In this document: positions 1 through 12,328 of the stretch, in pieces
Position numbering within the stretch: the first letter of the stretch is position 1
Layout of the letters: every line of letters starts with the position of its first letter
The notes under the pieces: model-generated
The model's input: only the letters and a program-made list of their open reading frames with translations
The model's database searches: none
What the model was told of the DNA's origin: nothing
Source of the DNA: Dimorphilus gyrociliatus
Lineage: Eukaryota > Animalia > Annelida
Length of the DNA stretch: 64,000 nt
Reading direction: 5' to 3'
Assembly: GCA_904063045.1 (NCBI GenBank)
Contig: CAJFCJ010000017.1
Coordinates: 248,001-312,000, forward strand
Made by a program: the position numbers and the translations under genes

Positions 1-186
1 TAGTTGACTGAATAGTGCCAAATTATTAGCAGTTATCCCACAATCAATATCATCTAGATATTTTAGTATTGAAATTGCTAAATAGGAAGGTAATGTATAA
101 TTTTTAAAGTTGCCTTTATAGAATATTTTCCCAAAGTTTATTGCTAAATACTGAAGAATTAAACTTTCTAAACTTGCTATTGTCAT
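1..186 (-). CDS. ZYG-11/ZER1-like LRR protein, 5-prime end only (runs off the window edge)
   Basis: Not in the ORF track. ATG at 186 opens 62 stop-free codons to base 1: MTIASLESLILQYLAINFGKIFYKGNFKNYTLPSYLAISILKYLDDIDCGITANNLALFSQL. This aligns with the N-termini of the paralogs at 52834 (SLRNLTLQRV...LPSLIAEMIL...CGISDEDLQLFSRL) and 55476. Confidence 0.75.
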   Translation of the reverse strand, partial: MTIASLESLILQYLAINFGKIFYKGNFKNYTLPSYLAISILKYLDDIDCGITANNLALFSQL

Positions 187-471
187 ATTAATATTTTCAG
201 AATTATGAAAAGTCTAACAATACCAACAAAATCTAATTGAAATTAATGTAAAAGAATCTTGTACAGATACTCTTCACCTTCAATATTTTACTACTTACTT
301 CTTCGATTCAATTTCAATTCAATTCTTATAAATCAACAGTTCTATCTAGGCGTTTAATTACACCTTTTAATAATGAATATATTGCGAAAGATTAGTATTA
401 CGAAATGCTGTTCGCTAATCAGAGCACAATTTGCTAAATGCCATAAAAAAGTTTTCGTTCGTCTGCTTTGG

Positions 472-502
472 CCAATCAGCATTTACCTAACAAAAGAAAA
501 GC
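472..502. promoter_or_regulatory. CCAAT-box-containing 31-bp element upstream of the ZYG11-like gene at 1-186
   Basis: CCAATCAGCATTTACCTAACAAAAGAAAAGC matches 53103-53133 at 26/31 ungapped positions. It lies 286 bp upstream of the ATG, versus 269 bp for the paralog. Confidence 0.5.
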
Positions 503-1279
503 TGATTATTTTAATTAAAATGAAAAATTCTTAAGTTTTACTTGGACGATTTTTATCGAAATTAATTAAAACAATAAATTGTTAATTACGTCATTGAATA
601 ATTCTGTAATAAGTTAATAATTTAAAAATATTCAATTATATTTTTTAAGAAGGTAAAATAAAAAATTTTTTGGATGAAACTTTATTTTTTTTTAACTACC
701 AGTTTTCAAATATATTTTACTTTTTTTTTATATTTATAAAACTTTTATTCTTAGTTTTCATCTTTTCCTCCTTCTCCTTACTTTCTTTATATAATTTATT
801 TATCAAAACAAAGATATCAACAAGTTTGAATGAATTGAATGGAATATTTTAAAATGCTTAATTAAAGAGAAAATAATAATTTGACAAATCGAAGGAAGGG
901 AAAACTTGCTCTTTTATCGTTACTATCTTAATAAATTAGGTTTTAATATCATAATATAGAATATATTGACTACAAACGTTCGCTTTTTAAAATATCCAAA
1001 CTTTCCTAATTGACTAATGCTTCGATGTTTCTCTTTAAACGCAAACAACAATGCTTGTACGATGAACATTTGAGTTTGTCGACGAGAGACGCATGAAGAC
1101 ATCAACATTAAAAAAGTTGACAATCTCTCGTCACGTGATAAGAAAGTTCGAAGAGGATCCTAATTCAAAAAATATATATTAGATATGTAATATATCTTAT
1201 ACTAAACAGTTAATAGGCCTAACTTTAATGTTGATTTTCTTATCAATATTATTTTTTTGTATACTATGACTATGCCATT

Positions 1280-2338
1280 ATGGCAGTAACTTACTGCTAT
1301 ATTTTTTTAACTACAACATCATTTTTAGTCTCTCAAACGTTTTTTTGCTCAATTTTTTTATACTGGCTTCAACATATAGGAGAATCTTTTATCTATTTGC
1401 CAAATTTACAATTAATAGGGTTTGTTATAATATTGAAATAATCCATTTTAATTGAATATTAATTATCGTCAAAAAAAAACAACAACAACAATAGGTTAAT
1501 TATTTTACTTGTGTGGGCAGTATTAACTGGTTTCTATGTATGTTTTTCATGGATTTCATGGTTTTATCAACACTACAGGAGTTTATTTCCTAGAAATCTT
1601 TTAATCTTTTTACAAACTGCAGTCAGTTTCGTTTTTCTCTTAAAGAATATAAAGAGATTAAACTAATCAAGTATTTTTTATTTATTTATTAAATATAGGT
1701 CAATGAAGAAACTCATACTTTATTTAATTTTTTCGTAACGAGCTCTCAATTAGTTGCGCAGACATTCTTTTGTTCGGTATTCGTTTATTGGCTACAGCAG
1801 ATGAATATAACTGACGTTTACGCTCTACTATTGAAAAATATAGGGTTATTGTACAACTTATGCAATTTATTATATAAATTAATAATAGCCTTCTCTTAAT
1901 AGGTTAATTTTATTAAATATCATATCAATTTGTAATGGAATTTATACGGTTGGTTCATGGTTTCTTGATATTAAAAAGTACTTGGGGAAAAAGATACCTA
2001 GATACCATTTTTGGCTATTTTTCCAAACTGCTCTCTTTTACTGGACAATTCACTTTTTAATCTTTATCAATATGGATAATAGACGTTCAACGATAAAGAA
2101 GATTGAAACGTAAGAATATTTTCAATTATTAATAATTTTAATTTATTAAATTTTCCTTCTTTCATTCAGATCAGAATACTTTTTATCTCTACCTCTTTTA
2201 ATTCACGGAATTGCTATTCTTTACGTTGTTTTTACATCGTTCAACTATATTTTTGAAAGAATAAGCCAAGTTGTAGGCTTTTGGAAAGTCTACTTTCGTT
2301 TTAACGAAACTTTTAATAGAGAATTGCATATAGTTTAA
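1280..2338 (+). CDS. Orphan multi-pass membrane protein with an internal two-exon duplication
   Basis: Hand-spliced 5 exons. Repeated blocks SQTFFCSIFLYWLQ / AQTFFCSVFVYWLQ and FLQTA / FFQTA, each pair joined by a phase-2 intron in an IG-L codon context. Start codon and the 1622 GTCAGT donor are uncertain. Confidence 0.55.
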
Positions 2339-2842
2339 GATTTTACAAATGATTATACGATTGAACAACTTGAATTATTTTATTCTTTTATTGTTTTATT
2401 CATAAATATTCAAATTTTTTTATACTGTATATATATATACAACAAAAACTAAACAGAGACACCTAGTTAATACTTTATTAATATCTTAGGAAATGATTAA
2501 AACCTGTCAATATTGGAATTGGAGTCAGGGCAACGTATTAAAGTCTCCAATATTGTTTTGCAGCTGACTGAGTAAGAATAATGTAGTGTGTTATATATTT
2601 CAACATTAACAACACTTTAGAAATAACGTGTTTTTCACTGACTGAATTGTTTTGGTCGGCTTATAATAATACTTATAAATAATCTTTGTCCAATGTAAAT
2701 AGGAAGTTAGAAACTGTTAATTCCTTTAGTGGAAAAAGAAAGAAGGAAAACGATATAAAACGAATTAAGCTTTCACTGAACCTTTGATATACTCTATATA
2801 GTGGATAGTATCTTAAAGTATATTCATATTAATAGCAACGCA

Positions 2843-3514
2843 ATGGAAGCAAATAGAAAATTGATATTCCTACTTTCGTTCGGAACCTTTAATGGATATT
2901 TTTATACTTTTAGTTTGTACTATTCGTTATATTATCTGATTAATAACTTGTATTCAAGTTATTTATGGAAATGGATAGTAATTCTATTGTAAGTATTCAA
3001 CTTTCTGTTTCAAATATACACTGCTCTGTATTCAATTGGCGCTTTTGATCAATAGAGGATTGTCGTCTGTAGCAATTGCAATCGTTCTCCTAATTAGTAT
3101 TTTATCAATAATAAAAGAATTATACGATAATCTGGGAAAAGAATTGGATAAGTATCGTCTTCAAGACTGGTTCAAACTCTTATCAATAGTATTTATTACT
3201 CATCTTTATATAATAGGAATAAATGCCAATTCAATAATGCTACACTTACAATACGGCGATTACTTTTGCAGGTAAAAAGAGTTTGTTTATATCATTAGAA
3301 TAATATTGTATTATGATTTCTTTCCAGTTTATACATTCATATTATCATCTCCTGCATTATCTCTGGAATATTAACAATCTATATCTTTATCTATGTAATA
3401 GACGGAGAACTTTGCAAAACTTCACAATTAACTGTCTTTCTCGTAGCCATTTTATTGGTATCGTTCCTTGTACAGTTTATATCAAAGAATTATCTTACAT
3501 TTCAATCATCGTGA
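2843..3514 (+). CDS. Orphan multi-pass membrane protein (about 6 hydrophobic segments), paralog of the upstream gene
   Basis: Three exons join in frame through two phase-2 GT-AG introns (MEANRKLIF...ILL/GLSSVAIAIV...YFC/SLYIHIIISC...FQSS*). LGKELDKY resembles LGKKIPRY in the upstream gene. Confidence 0.65.
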
Positions 3515-3889
3515 ATTGTTTATTACGTTATCTCAATAATTATTAAATAAAATTGTTTTGAATAGGCCTATTTTTTATTTAGTTTCAACTATATAAGATT
3601 TTCTTAATTGATATCAATTTCGTAACTATGGTAACGTATTTTTTTTCTAAAAAAAAAACAACAACAACAACAGCAAATGTGCTATGACGTTATGAGCTAT
3701 GATAAATCTATAAAATATGAAAAAATCGTAGCTAAACGTTAAAGAATATTATTCGATCATAGTATTGATGGACTACCATCATCTGTTAAAAAACTGCAAT
3801 AGGAAATCGTTAAAATTTTGAATAATACTGTCGAATATAACATCTATTAAATTTACTTGAAAAACTGGTATTTGGTTGTGACGTTTAGA

Positions 3890-6004
3890 ATGATAATACT
3901 TTTAATAATCGCATCATTTACCTTGTGTAGTTGTGAACGTAATGAATATTTCCTAATACAATTGAATACTATTGTGTATTATCTTTTATGATGTTCAATT
4001 CTCTTTCAGCCATTGGATTTAAACCATTGAAATATCAAGGAAAACTTTGTGAATCGGAAGCTTGGGATATACAATGTGAAGGTGATCGTTTTATTCATGT
4101 TGTTGGTATTAACTACGGTAGAACCGAAGGTGATTCTCACTGTCTTCCTTTTATTGATAACAATTCTACGTAAGATAAAACTTATAAATGTTATTTACAT
4201 TTAATAATTAATTTACATATGCAAATTAGTATAATTGAGGAGTGTCATACGAATGCGATTAATATAACAACATTAGTAAAAGAAGATTGTGATGGGAAAA
4301 CGGAATGCTCATTGGATATTAGTAGATTAGCGGAACACGCTAAACATTGTCCTAACAACTCTTATCCTTATCTCGATTTACACTACGAATGTGTGGTGAA
4401 GACTAAGACAAGATATATTTGTAAAACTGAAGGACCAATGTCGATTATATGTCCATCTGATCATTTAATTATGATAAGAAATGCTGTCTTTGGACAAATA
4501 GCCGGCGAAGATAGATGCTCATCATTAGAAGCGCCTAAAGCGAATTGTTCTTCACTTAACACTTTGAAATATGTTTATTATCAATGTCAGAAAACTTCGA
4601 ATTGCGAAATTAGTTGGGAAGCGAATGATCCTTGTCCAATAGATAACGATTTAAACAGTTTTCTAGAAGTTGAATATGCGTGTTTAAAGTGTAAAAATGA
4701 AAAACCAAATCGTAAATGTAATCATTTAGCAAAGATTGGCCATTGTCATAAGAATCCTGGTTGGATGTATACTTATTGTAGAAAATCTTGCTGGAAGTGT
4801 AGGACTATTCGAGATATTGGTAAAATAATTGAATATGTTTAAAAAAAAAGAAAAGGGAAATTTCAATACCCTTTTGTTTTTTTGCAGAACAATGCAAAAA
4901 TACTGCAATTGCCGATAATCAATGTGAACAGTGGGTAAGGGAAGGAAAATGCTATAGTGATCGGAAACATATGCTATTATTTTGCTTAAAATCGTGTAGA
5001 AAGTGTCGCGAACCTAAAGGTATCATTAAATATTATCATTATAGAGTGTTTCGTTCAATTCATTTCCGGTTTTCTATTTAACAGGTATTCCAACGTGCGT
5101 AAATAATCTACTAGATGACGCTCTATGCGAAAGGCTAGCCTATTACGGATTCTGCCAGTACAATCATGATTCCATGAACGATCTTTGCTTCAAAACTTGT
5201 AGCGGATGCGAATTCATTGATAGTAAAGGTGAAATATGTTTCAAATCTATAATATTTCACTAATGATCCTATTAATTTTCCTCCATAGGTGACATCTGCG
5301 ATAATCCTTCAGGAGATGAAAATTGTAATAAGTGGGCATCAACTAATGAATGTGATCTCAATAGAGATTGGATGTCTCAGCAGTGTACTAGAGCGTGTAA
5401 AAGGTGTAATGAAGTAAAACGAACCAAGGAGGAATTACCAAAAATTGATTGTTTTAATTCATTTGGCGATGAAACATGTAGAAAATGGGGAACGGATATT
5501 CATTGTCATATAAATCCACAATGGATGTTGCATATTTGCTATAAAACATGTTCAAAATGCGATGAAAAAGCAGGTATTATTGTCATTTTATTAGATAATA
5601 GATTTTTAATAGCTTAGTCATTTGTCTAAATCTTATAATATATTCATAAAGAACCAAAATGCGTTAATCTTATTGGCGATGATAGCATTTGTTTAAGATG
5701 GGGAATTTCTGGTCTTTGCGTAAAGAGAAGGAATTTCATGGAACAATACTGCTATAAGATGTGCACTCATTGTAAACCAATTAAAGAAAGTGAGAGTATT
5801 ACCACCTACCAGTTATAATAAATAAATGTATTCTTTTATAATATTCCTGTAGAACCTATCGATTGTTCATCTATTAGAAAAGAATGCGCTGATTGGATAA
5901 AAATTAACGGATGTAGTAAGAAGAAGGGTTCGATGTCTATTCTATGCTTTAAGGAATGCGAAGCTTGTCAGTTAAATATCGACAATACCATCACCTTAAG
6001 ATAA
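3890..6004 (+). CDS. Secreted protein: signal peptide + 2 SUEL (rhamnose-binding/Gal_lectin) domains + 7 ShKT domains
   Basis: Exon 1 MIILLIIASFTLCSCE. SUEL motifs NYGR...YLDLHYEC and FGQ...DPC...FLEVEYAC. Seven 6-Cys ShKT repeats (e.g. CNHLAKIGHCHKNPGWMYTYCRKSCWKC, CRKWGTDIHCHINPQWMLHICYKTCSKC), mostly one per exon. The final stop is slightly uncertain. Confidence 0.9.
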
Positions 6005-6374
6005 ATTGGAAAAATATTAATAAACTCTTTGTTTTTATATAGAAACCGTCTGATTTTTATTCGTAAAAATATATTTAGTATAAAAGTATAAACAATTTGC
6101 ACTTAAAAATGACTTTTAAGTATGAAAAGTTAAGTTTTTTAACCTCTCTTTCAGAGCAGTTAACTCTTCCCCCTCCCCCACCCCTTCAAAAACATACATA
6201 ACGTTCAGTCTATAATACAAATTCAATAGAATATATCGTATATATAACTTTCAATTTTCAACATCTTTAAATGAGATATAGAAACAGTTATAAGACTAAA
6301 ATCTCTGCAGGAAATGTTCACTCAACCCTACAATGATGACGAAATTATAATTAGTATAATACTCTAAATAAAAC

Positions 6375-9300
6375 TTATTTAACAAGATTAATAATCATAG
6401 ATAAGAATACAATTAATAAGATAGCAGGTTTTGATATGTTTACACCTGATTGACCGTCCAAAAACCAAAAGTTACATTTTTCACCTGTACAGCACTTTTC
6501 ACATTCTGTTTTTCCTTCAACAGTTTGACATTTTTCATTCTCATTTTCCGATGTACAAGTCGCATTAAAGCATCCTCTTTTAAACGTAACCTGGTCGCCT
6601 GTTTTTGTTCTGTAAGCCATACATTCTCCAACTCCGCAATCGACAAATTTAATTTTATCAGTTTCTTCTTTTATATCTTCTATGCTTTTTCCACAATCCT
6701 TCTCACTGCCTTGGCATTGGTAGCATTTACCTGAAAAGAGGAATATCTCAATGAATAGAAGATGGAGGGAGAGGAGGGGGTTTATGAGAAAAATATACTT
6801 ACGAGCACATTCCCTATTGAAATTGTACAGGTAAGTTCCTTTTTTACATTGTGTACATTTTCTACCGTGTACGCAAGAATTGCAGCCAGTAACTGTACAT
6901 GGAACGCAGCCTAATTTATCATCTTGTAAGGTAAATGAAGATTTACAGGAAAGACAAGGAGCTTTTCCTCCTTGCGGAGTTGGACCGCAAGTTCCACAAT
7001 TTATAAATGCAGCATCGTCACAACTTCTACAAGTTCCGTCACTTTGAAGAGAATAGGAAGAAGATACACATTTACTGCATCTGACCAAGTTAGTTGATGA
7101 TACGGAGCAAGTTTCACAATTGGATGGACAAGCCAAGCAACTGCCATCAGAAGTTCTTGCATATTTATCATTACACTTAGTACACTCGTATTTGTGATTA
7201 AATGTACATTCTTTACAATTACTAGGACACTTTCCGCAATCATCGTTATTGAGGTAATATTTATCTTGACAGGAGTCACATTTAAACTCATCCCCGGAAG
7301 GAGAACAAATATTACAGTTTGTAGTTCCGCAAAGTTTACATTCTGTACCGCTAAGACCATAGTTTGAAAGGCAAGCTTTACACTCTACAGTACCTTCATC
7401 GTTTAGAGAGCATTTACTGCAGCCCGCTGGACAAATTGTACATAATTGCTCTTTATTTTTATAATAATGAGGGATACATGAACTACAAGTGAATTTACTA
7501 GTATCTTCTTTAAAAGAGCAAGAGGTACAACCAATCGGACAGTTTTTACATTCTCCATTTGACAAATCTTGAGTTGAGTTACATGTTTGACAAACTGTTT
7601 TACCATTCTGTCTAACTGAAATTACGCAATCTGCTTTAGTTTCGTAACATTTTGAATCGCCGGAAAATAGAAAATATCCAGGTTTACACTTTCCAAAATC
7701 GCATTTATCCTTGCCAGAACTATCGCACGATATACAATTAGAATCGCAAGCTGTAAAGTGAACATGTAAATTTTGATTCAATAAGATATATTAAAGAAAC
7801 TTTACCAAGGCATACGTTAGGCGTTACTCCAGTGTTTAATGTATAACCTTGTAGACATGTTTTTGGTAGTAGAGTATTGGATTGAGCACTTTCATAAATA
7901 CATCTAGCTACGCCTTCACCAGTACATTTAATACAAGTTCCTTGTAGTCTATCTCTAATATATCCTTCTTTACAACCATTTGGTAGACATGTTGTCCCAT
8001 CCAAGCAAAAATCGCAACCAAAAGTACACGGTTGGCATGCTCCGTTGGAATCTTGATAAAATCTACTTTTACATTTTAAACAGAAGAATTTATTATAAAT
8101 ATCCTTAACGCATTTATCGCAATTGGCTATTGTACAAGTTTCGCACATGAAGTCTGAATCTCTTAAGGCTGCTTCGCCACAACCAAACTGAAGGCATACG
8201 GTTTTTGCTATATCGGTTGGATCTATTCTACATTCACTACAAGCCACAGGCGTTGTTGGACATTGAATACAAGCTCCTTGAGTATTGAGAGCGTAGCCAG
8301 TTAAACATTCTGTACACTTATTTATTGTAGTAGGTACACCGCTCGAATCAACGGAACACTTTTTACAGCCTGTTTGACAAGCCAAACAAGATCCAGTTCC
8401 GGCAGAACTGAATGCAAATTCGCTATCGCAAGCTGAACAAGACTCAATGCTACCAGCAGTTGTTGTACTTTCTCTACAAGTTGAACAATTAGGTTGAATA
8501 GCGCCGGGTGTGTCTGTTGAACAACTGAGGCACGAAGAGCCATCGGCACTGAGGACGTAACCAGAGACACATTCGGAACATTTGCATTCATGATTAGTAT
8601 CCAGTTTAAAATTTCCAGCTTTACAGTTTGGAAAACCAGCTGGTACACCGCAAGAAACGCACCCAAGACCGTCACTTCTCTTTATTTGGTTCGCAAGGCA
8701 TTCACAAGTACATCCGGATGTCGAAATTTTTTTGATTCCAACAGAACAATTAAGTGCACCGCAATCAAAACAAGACATACCGTCGTCAGTTGGTTCTCCT
8801 ATGGCACATCCAGAGCAACCGCAAACATATGCCTCATCTAAAAGTCTCCATGAATACGAAATACAATTTGTGATTCCAGTACATTTAGTACAACCCGTCA
8901 AATCGAGATTCATTATGTAATAATTGGGATGTACATCATTAGAACACCTTCCACATTTACACTGTCCAGCTATTGGCACTGCAAAAGCACAATTTTCCAA
9001 ACTGTTTGCTGTACAATTCGTACAAGTATACTTGGAAGTGGAGACAACGTCAATTGCAAAATCATTTTCACATCCACCGCAGCGACCTTCGGTTCCGGTA
9101 TTACCGTCAGATATGGCGAAATAACTATTACAACCGTCGATAGAATTAGCTAGATTCGGAGATGATACCTGAACTGGAGCTGATGTTCCATCGAAAGATT
9201 GCATAAAACCATCTGCTTGAATTCTACAATTGAGAATTGAAGGACTTGTGGCATATGCATATCCTGGTTTACAGCCTGGGTTGAAGGGAGTTAAGGGTAC

Positions 9301-12300
9301 ACAGGTACCTCGACCAGGACTCAATGCATAATTGCTTGAACATTTGGCGCAACTGGAAGCAGGTCCAGGTCCAGTAGGTGAACCGGTTATAGTGATTTGT
9401 TTAACACAGTTGGTAATTATCGGACTGGGAGCGAGTGCGCCACACGAAGATCCCAATTGTAGATCGGCAGATAGGGGCGAAATTAGATTTTCGGTTGATT
9501 GGCACTCTTTACATAAGCAGGTACCTCCTCCTGCAACTGTAGCCCAAGATGTAGTACATCCTCCAACAGGAGATGAGCAAGGTGTTGCGCAATCAAACCC
9601 TACACCGGATGAACATTCTAAACATATAACACCAGACGGTTCTTTAGTGCACTCTGTACATAAAGAATATTCTGCTGTGCAATTTTTACAGATTCCTCCA
9701 TCAAGATAGAAGCCAACTTCACACCTAACGCAGTCAACTCTAAAGTCGTTTGGAGCAGATGGAACGCTTGTTCCCCAATCTAAACAATTTGCCGGAACAG
9801 CTAACGTATAAAGAGATGATATTTAAATGAAAGTTTGTTACTTTTTCAATTGTGGAACACTTACCTTTACATTCGTATCCTGGATTAACAACTGCTTCAT
9901 AACCAAAACGACACGTGTCAAGCCCCGCATTGGAATAAGTTCCGTTACACCATAAAGCATTTGGATAAATGTCTACACAACCTATAAAAAAGACCATAAT
10001 ACAGTATAAACTTTTCAAACTGTAAAGTTTCTTTGTGTGTTACAACATACTTCGACATCTCTGGTGGTCAGATGTTTCTTGAAGAACTGTGTATCTTTGA
10101 GTGCTTGATGCTGACTGATCTCCAAGGCAGCTTCCCGCTTTACACCTACATACGGGAGGAGACCCTCCGTATTCTAAAGTTTGACAATGAGGTCTAGCTT
10201 TTGTACAATCTAAAAAGAATTATTTGATAATATAAACCGAATTTTAAATTGTCTTGTACATACCATAACATCCTTTTACAAACGAAGCTCCAATTTGGAC
10301 ACTTATCCATTGTCGAGCGCCGACACAAGTTTTACAAACAACATCCTCTTTATTCGTTGTTAATTCGCATCTTTGGCAATAGACTCCGCAACTTTTACAC
10401 ACACCAGCATTGATGCCTGCCTGAATAACAAGGGCTCCAGCTGGACAGGATCTACAGTAGCATATATCATTTTCATCAACAATAGAATCAGCATTGCAGC
10501 TACTATCTGATGGACAATTTCCAGAGCAGTCCATACTTGAAAATGAAAATTTCTTGTTATTTCCATTAACTGACTTGGAAGCGCATGGAGACCTTAGGCA
10601 TTTTAAATTATTATCAATAATTTCGCAATGAGCACAACCCTCCAATGAACTACAGGATACACAAGATTCGATTTGATTCTTACTATTATACTTCGAAGCG
10701 TAACCAATGCTACATTTTTGACAAATATTATTACTAGCTGTTTTTCGGCAATATTCACAACCGAATAGACAATCGAAACAACTTCCGGTTTCATCATCAA
10801 ATCCCTTGAATTTAGCACATTTTGAAGCGTAACAAATTGGTGTAGGAGAATCGTTCGTTTTGAAATAGCACTTTAAACAACCATTCGGACATTCTGTAAA
10901 TCGTATTATTATTATATTTTATTATATAAAATTCTAATCATTGTTTACAAACCAACGCAAGTTCCGTCGCTTTTTACCGTCCATGATTTTCCTTCGTTAT
11001 TCTCAGTACAAGAATGAGTTACACTATCTCCATTACATTCTACTCTAGAATTCGATGAACTATATGTGCAGGCGTTACAATTATCTGGACATTTAGAGCA
11101 TAGCTTTTTATCGTTTATGGCGTATCCTGCAGCGCATTTATCATCTTTGCATATAAGACTTCCAGAATCAACTTTACATTCTAAACAATTCTCTGGACAT
11201 GCGTCGCAGCTCTTTGAAGAAATAAGAGTGTATTGTACAGAGCATTTCGTACATTTTATAACGCCGCTAGTTTCTGCGCAAGTGGCACAATTTCTAGGAC
11301 AAGGGAGACATTTGTTCTCCTTAACAAAATAACCATCATTACACTTTTTGCATTGATTTTTACCGCTTGTTGCGTCGCATTCGGCACATTGAGAATCAAT
11401 GATAGTACATAGCTCACACTTGTTGAGGTTTGTAAGTGCGTATTTCGTTGATATACACTCCGAACAGGCATCCTTATTCAAGCATTTTGAGCAGCCAGCG
11501 ATAGATGTTTGACATAATTTACATATTGCCGTTGAACCACTATTGTCTATGTATGCTTGAGATGAACAAGCAGTACAACTAACTCCTCTACTTGCGATAA
11601 ACTCGCATGTTTCACAGTACGATCCGCAAGCTGTTTCATTTAAGGATAATAGACACATATTGTAAGTATTCATTCTTTCATTATTACAACGAATTAATGA
11701 ATAACTTTCGTTACCTGAACATAATTGATCATCGTTCTTTATGTATCCTTTTATGCAAGATGTACAAGTCTGAGTGGCACCGGAAGTAGCTGCTGTACAA
11801 TTCCTGCAACCAGTTGGACAACCTAAGAAAACAAGATTATTCAATAAATATGATTCTAGATAAATTATTCTTAATCTTGGCTCACTTGAACATTTATCTT
11901 CTTCAAGAATATAACCACCTATACAACCTTTACAAATTGTAGCTTCATTCTCATTTTCCCAAGTTTCCTTTTCCTCGCATTTCTCTACGTTGCAGAAACT
12001 TGGACAAGCTGTTAAATAGATTATAATCTATTATAATCTATTCATAACTAGTTACATAATAAACTTTCACTTACTTAAACATTTCAAGCCATCTTTACTC
12101 AAAATCCTACCGCTTGAACAAACTCCACAAGCGGTTAGCTTATCTCCCTCTTGCTCAACTTCACAATTTTGAATATTTCCTGCTCTTGAAGTTACTCCAG
12201 CTTGAACAGCTGCAAATAATAAGTAATTTAATGTATTATGATTTAAGGTAGTATAATATTGTAATAAACTTATGCCTACTGTAAATATCCAATGCAAAGA

Positions 12301-12328
12301 GGAGAGAAAGCAATAGAATATATCTCAT
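6375..12328 (-). CDS. Large Cys-rich surface protein: signal peptide, many CxxC furin-like repeats, C-terminal Ly6/uPAR domain and GPI-type signal
   Basis: Start MRYILLLSLLFALDIY/TVQAG. Long runs of CxxC-x-CxxC repeats over several exons. C-terminal CYQC...CCTGEKCN three-finger pattern, then GQSG and hydrophobic AILLIVFLSMIINLVK-stop. Confidence 0.9.

Noticed and set aside
670-852. 60-aa Phe-rich ORF
   Set aside because: Low-complexity T-rich intergenic sequence starting at a non-ATG codon.
1081-1138. Imperfect hairpin GACGAGAGA...TCTCTCGTC with adjacent TCACGTGA
   Set aside because: A 9-bp stem with a long loop and no ncRNA signature; the E-box alone is not supportable as functional.
6440-11471. 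Many overlapping ORFs in alternative frames or antisense within the Cys-rich gene
   Set aside because: Shadow ORFs of GC-richer coding sequence, with no motifs, signal peptides or independent splice logic.
12007-12022. 16-bp perfect palindrome ATAGATTATAATCTAT
   Set aside because: Intronic, AT-rich, part of a small local duplication; no evidence of function.
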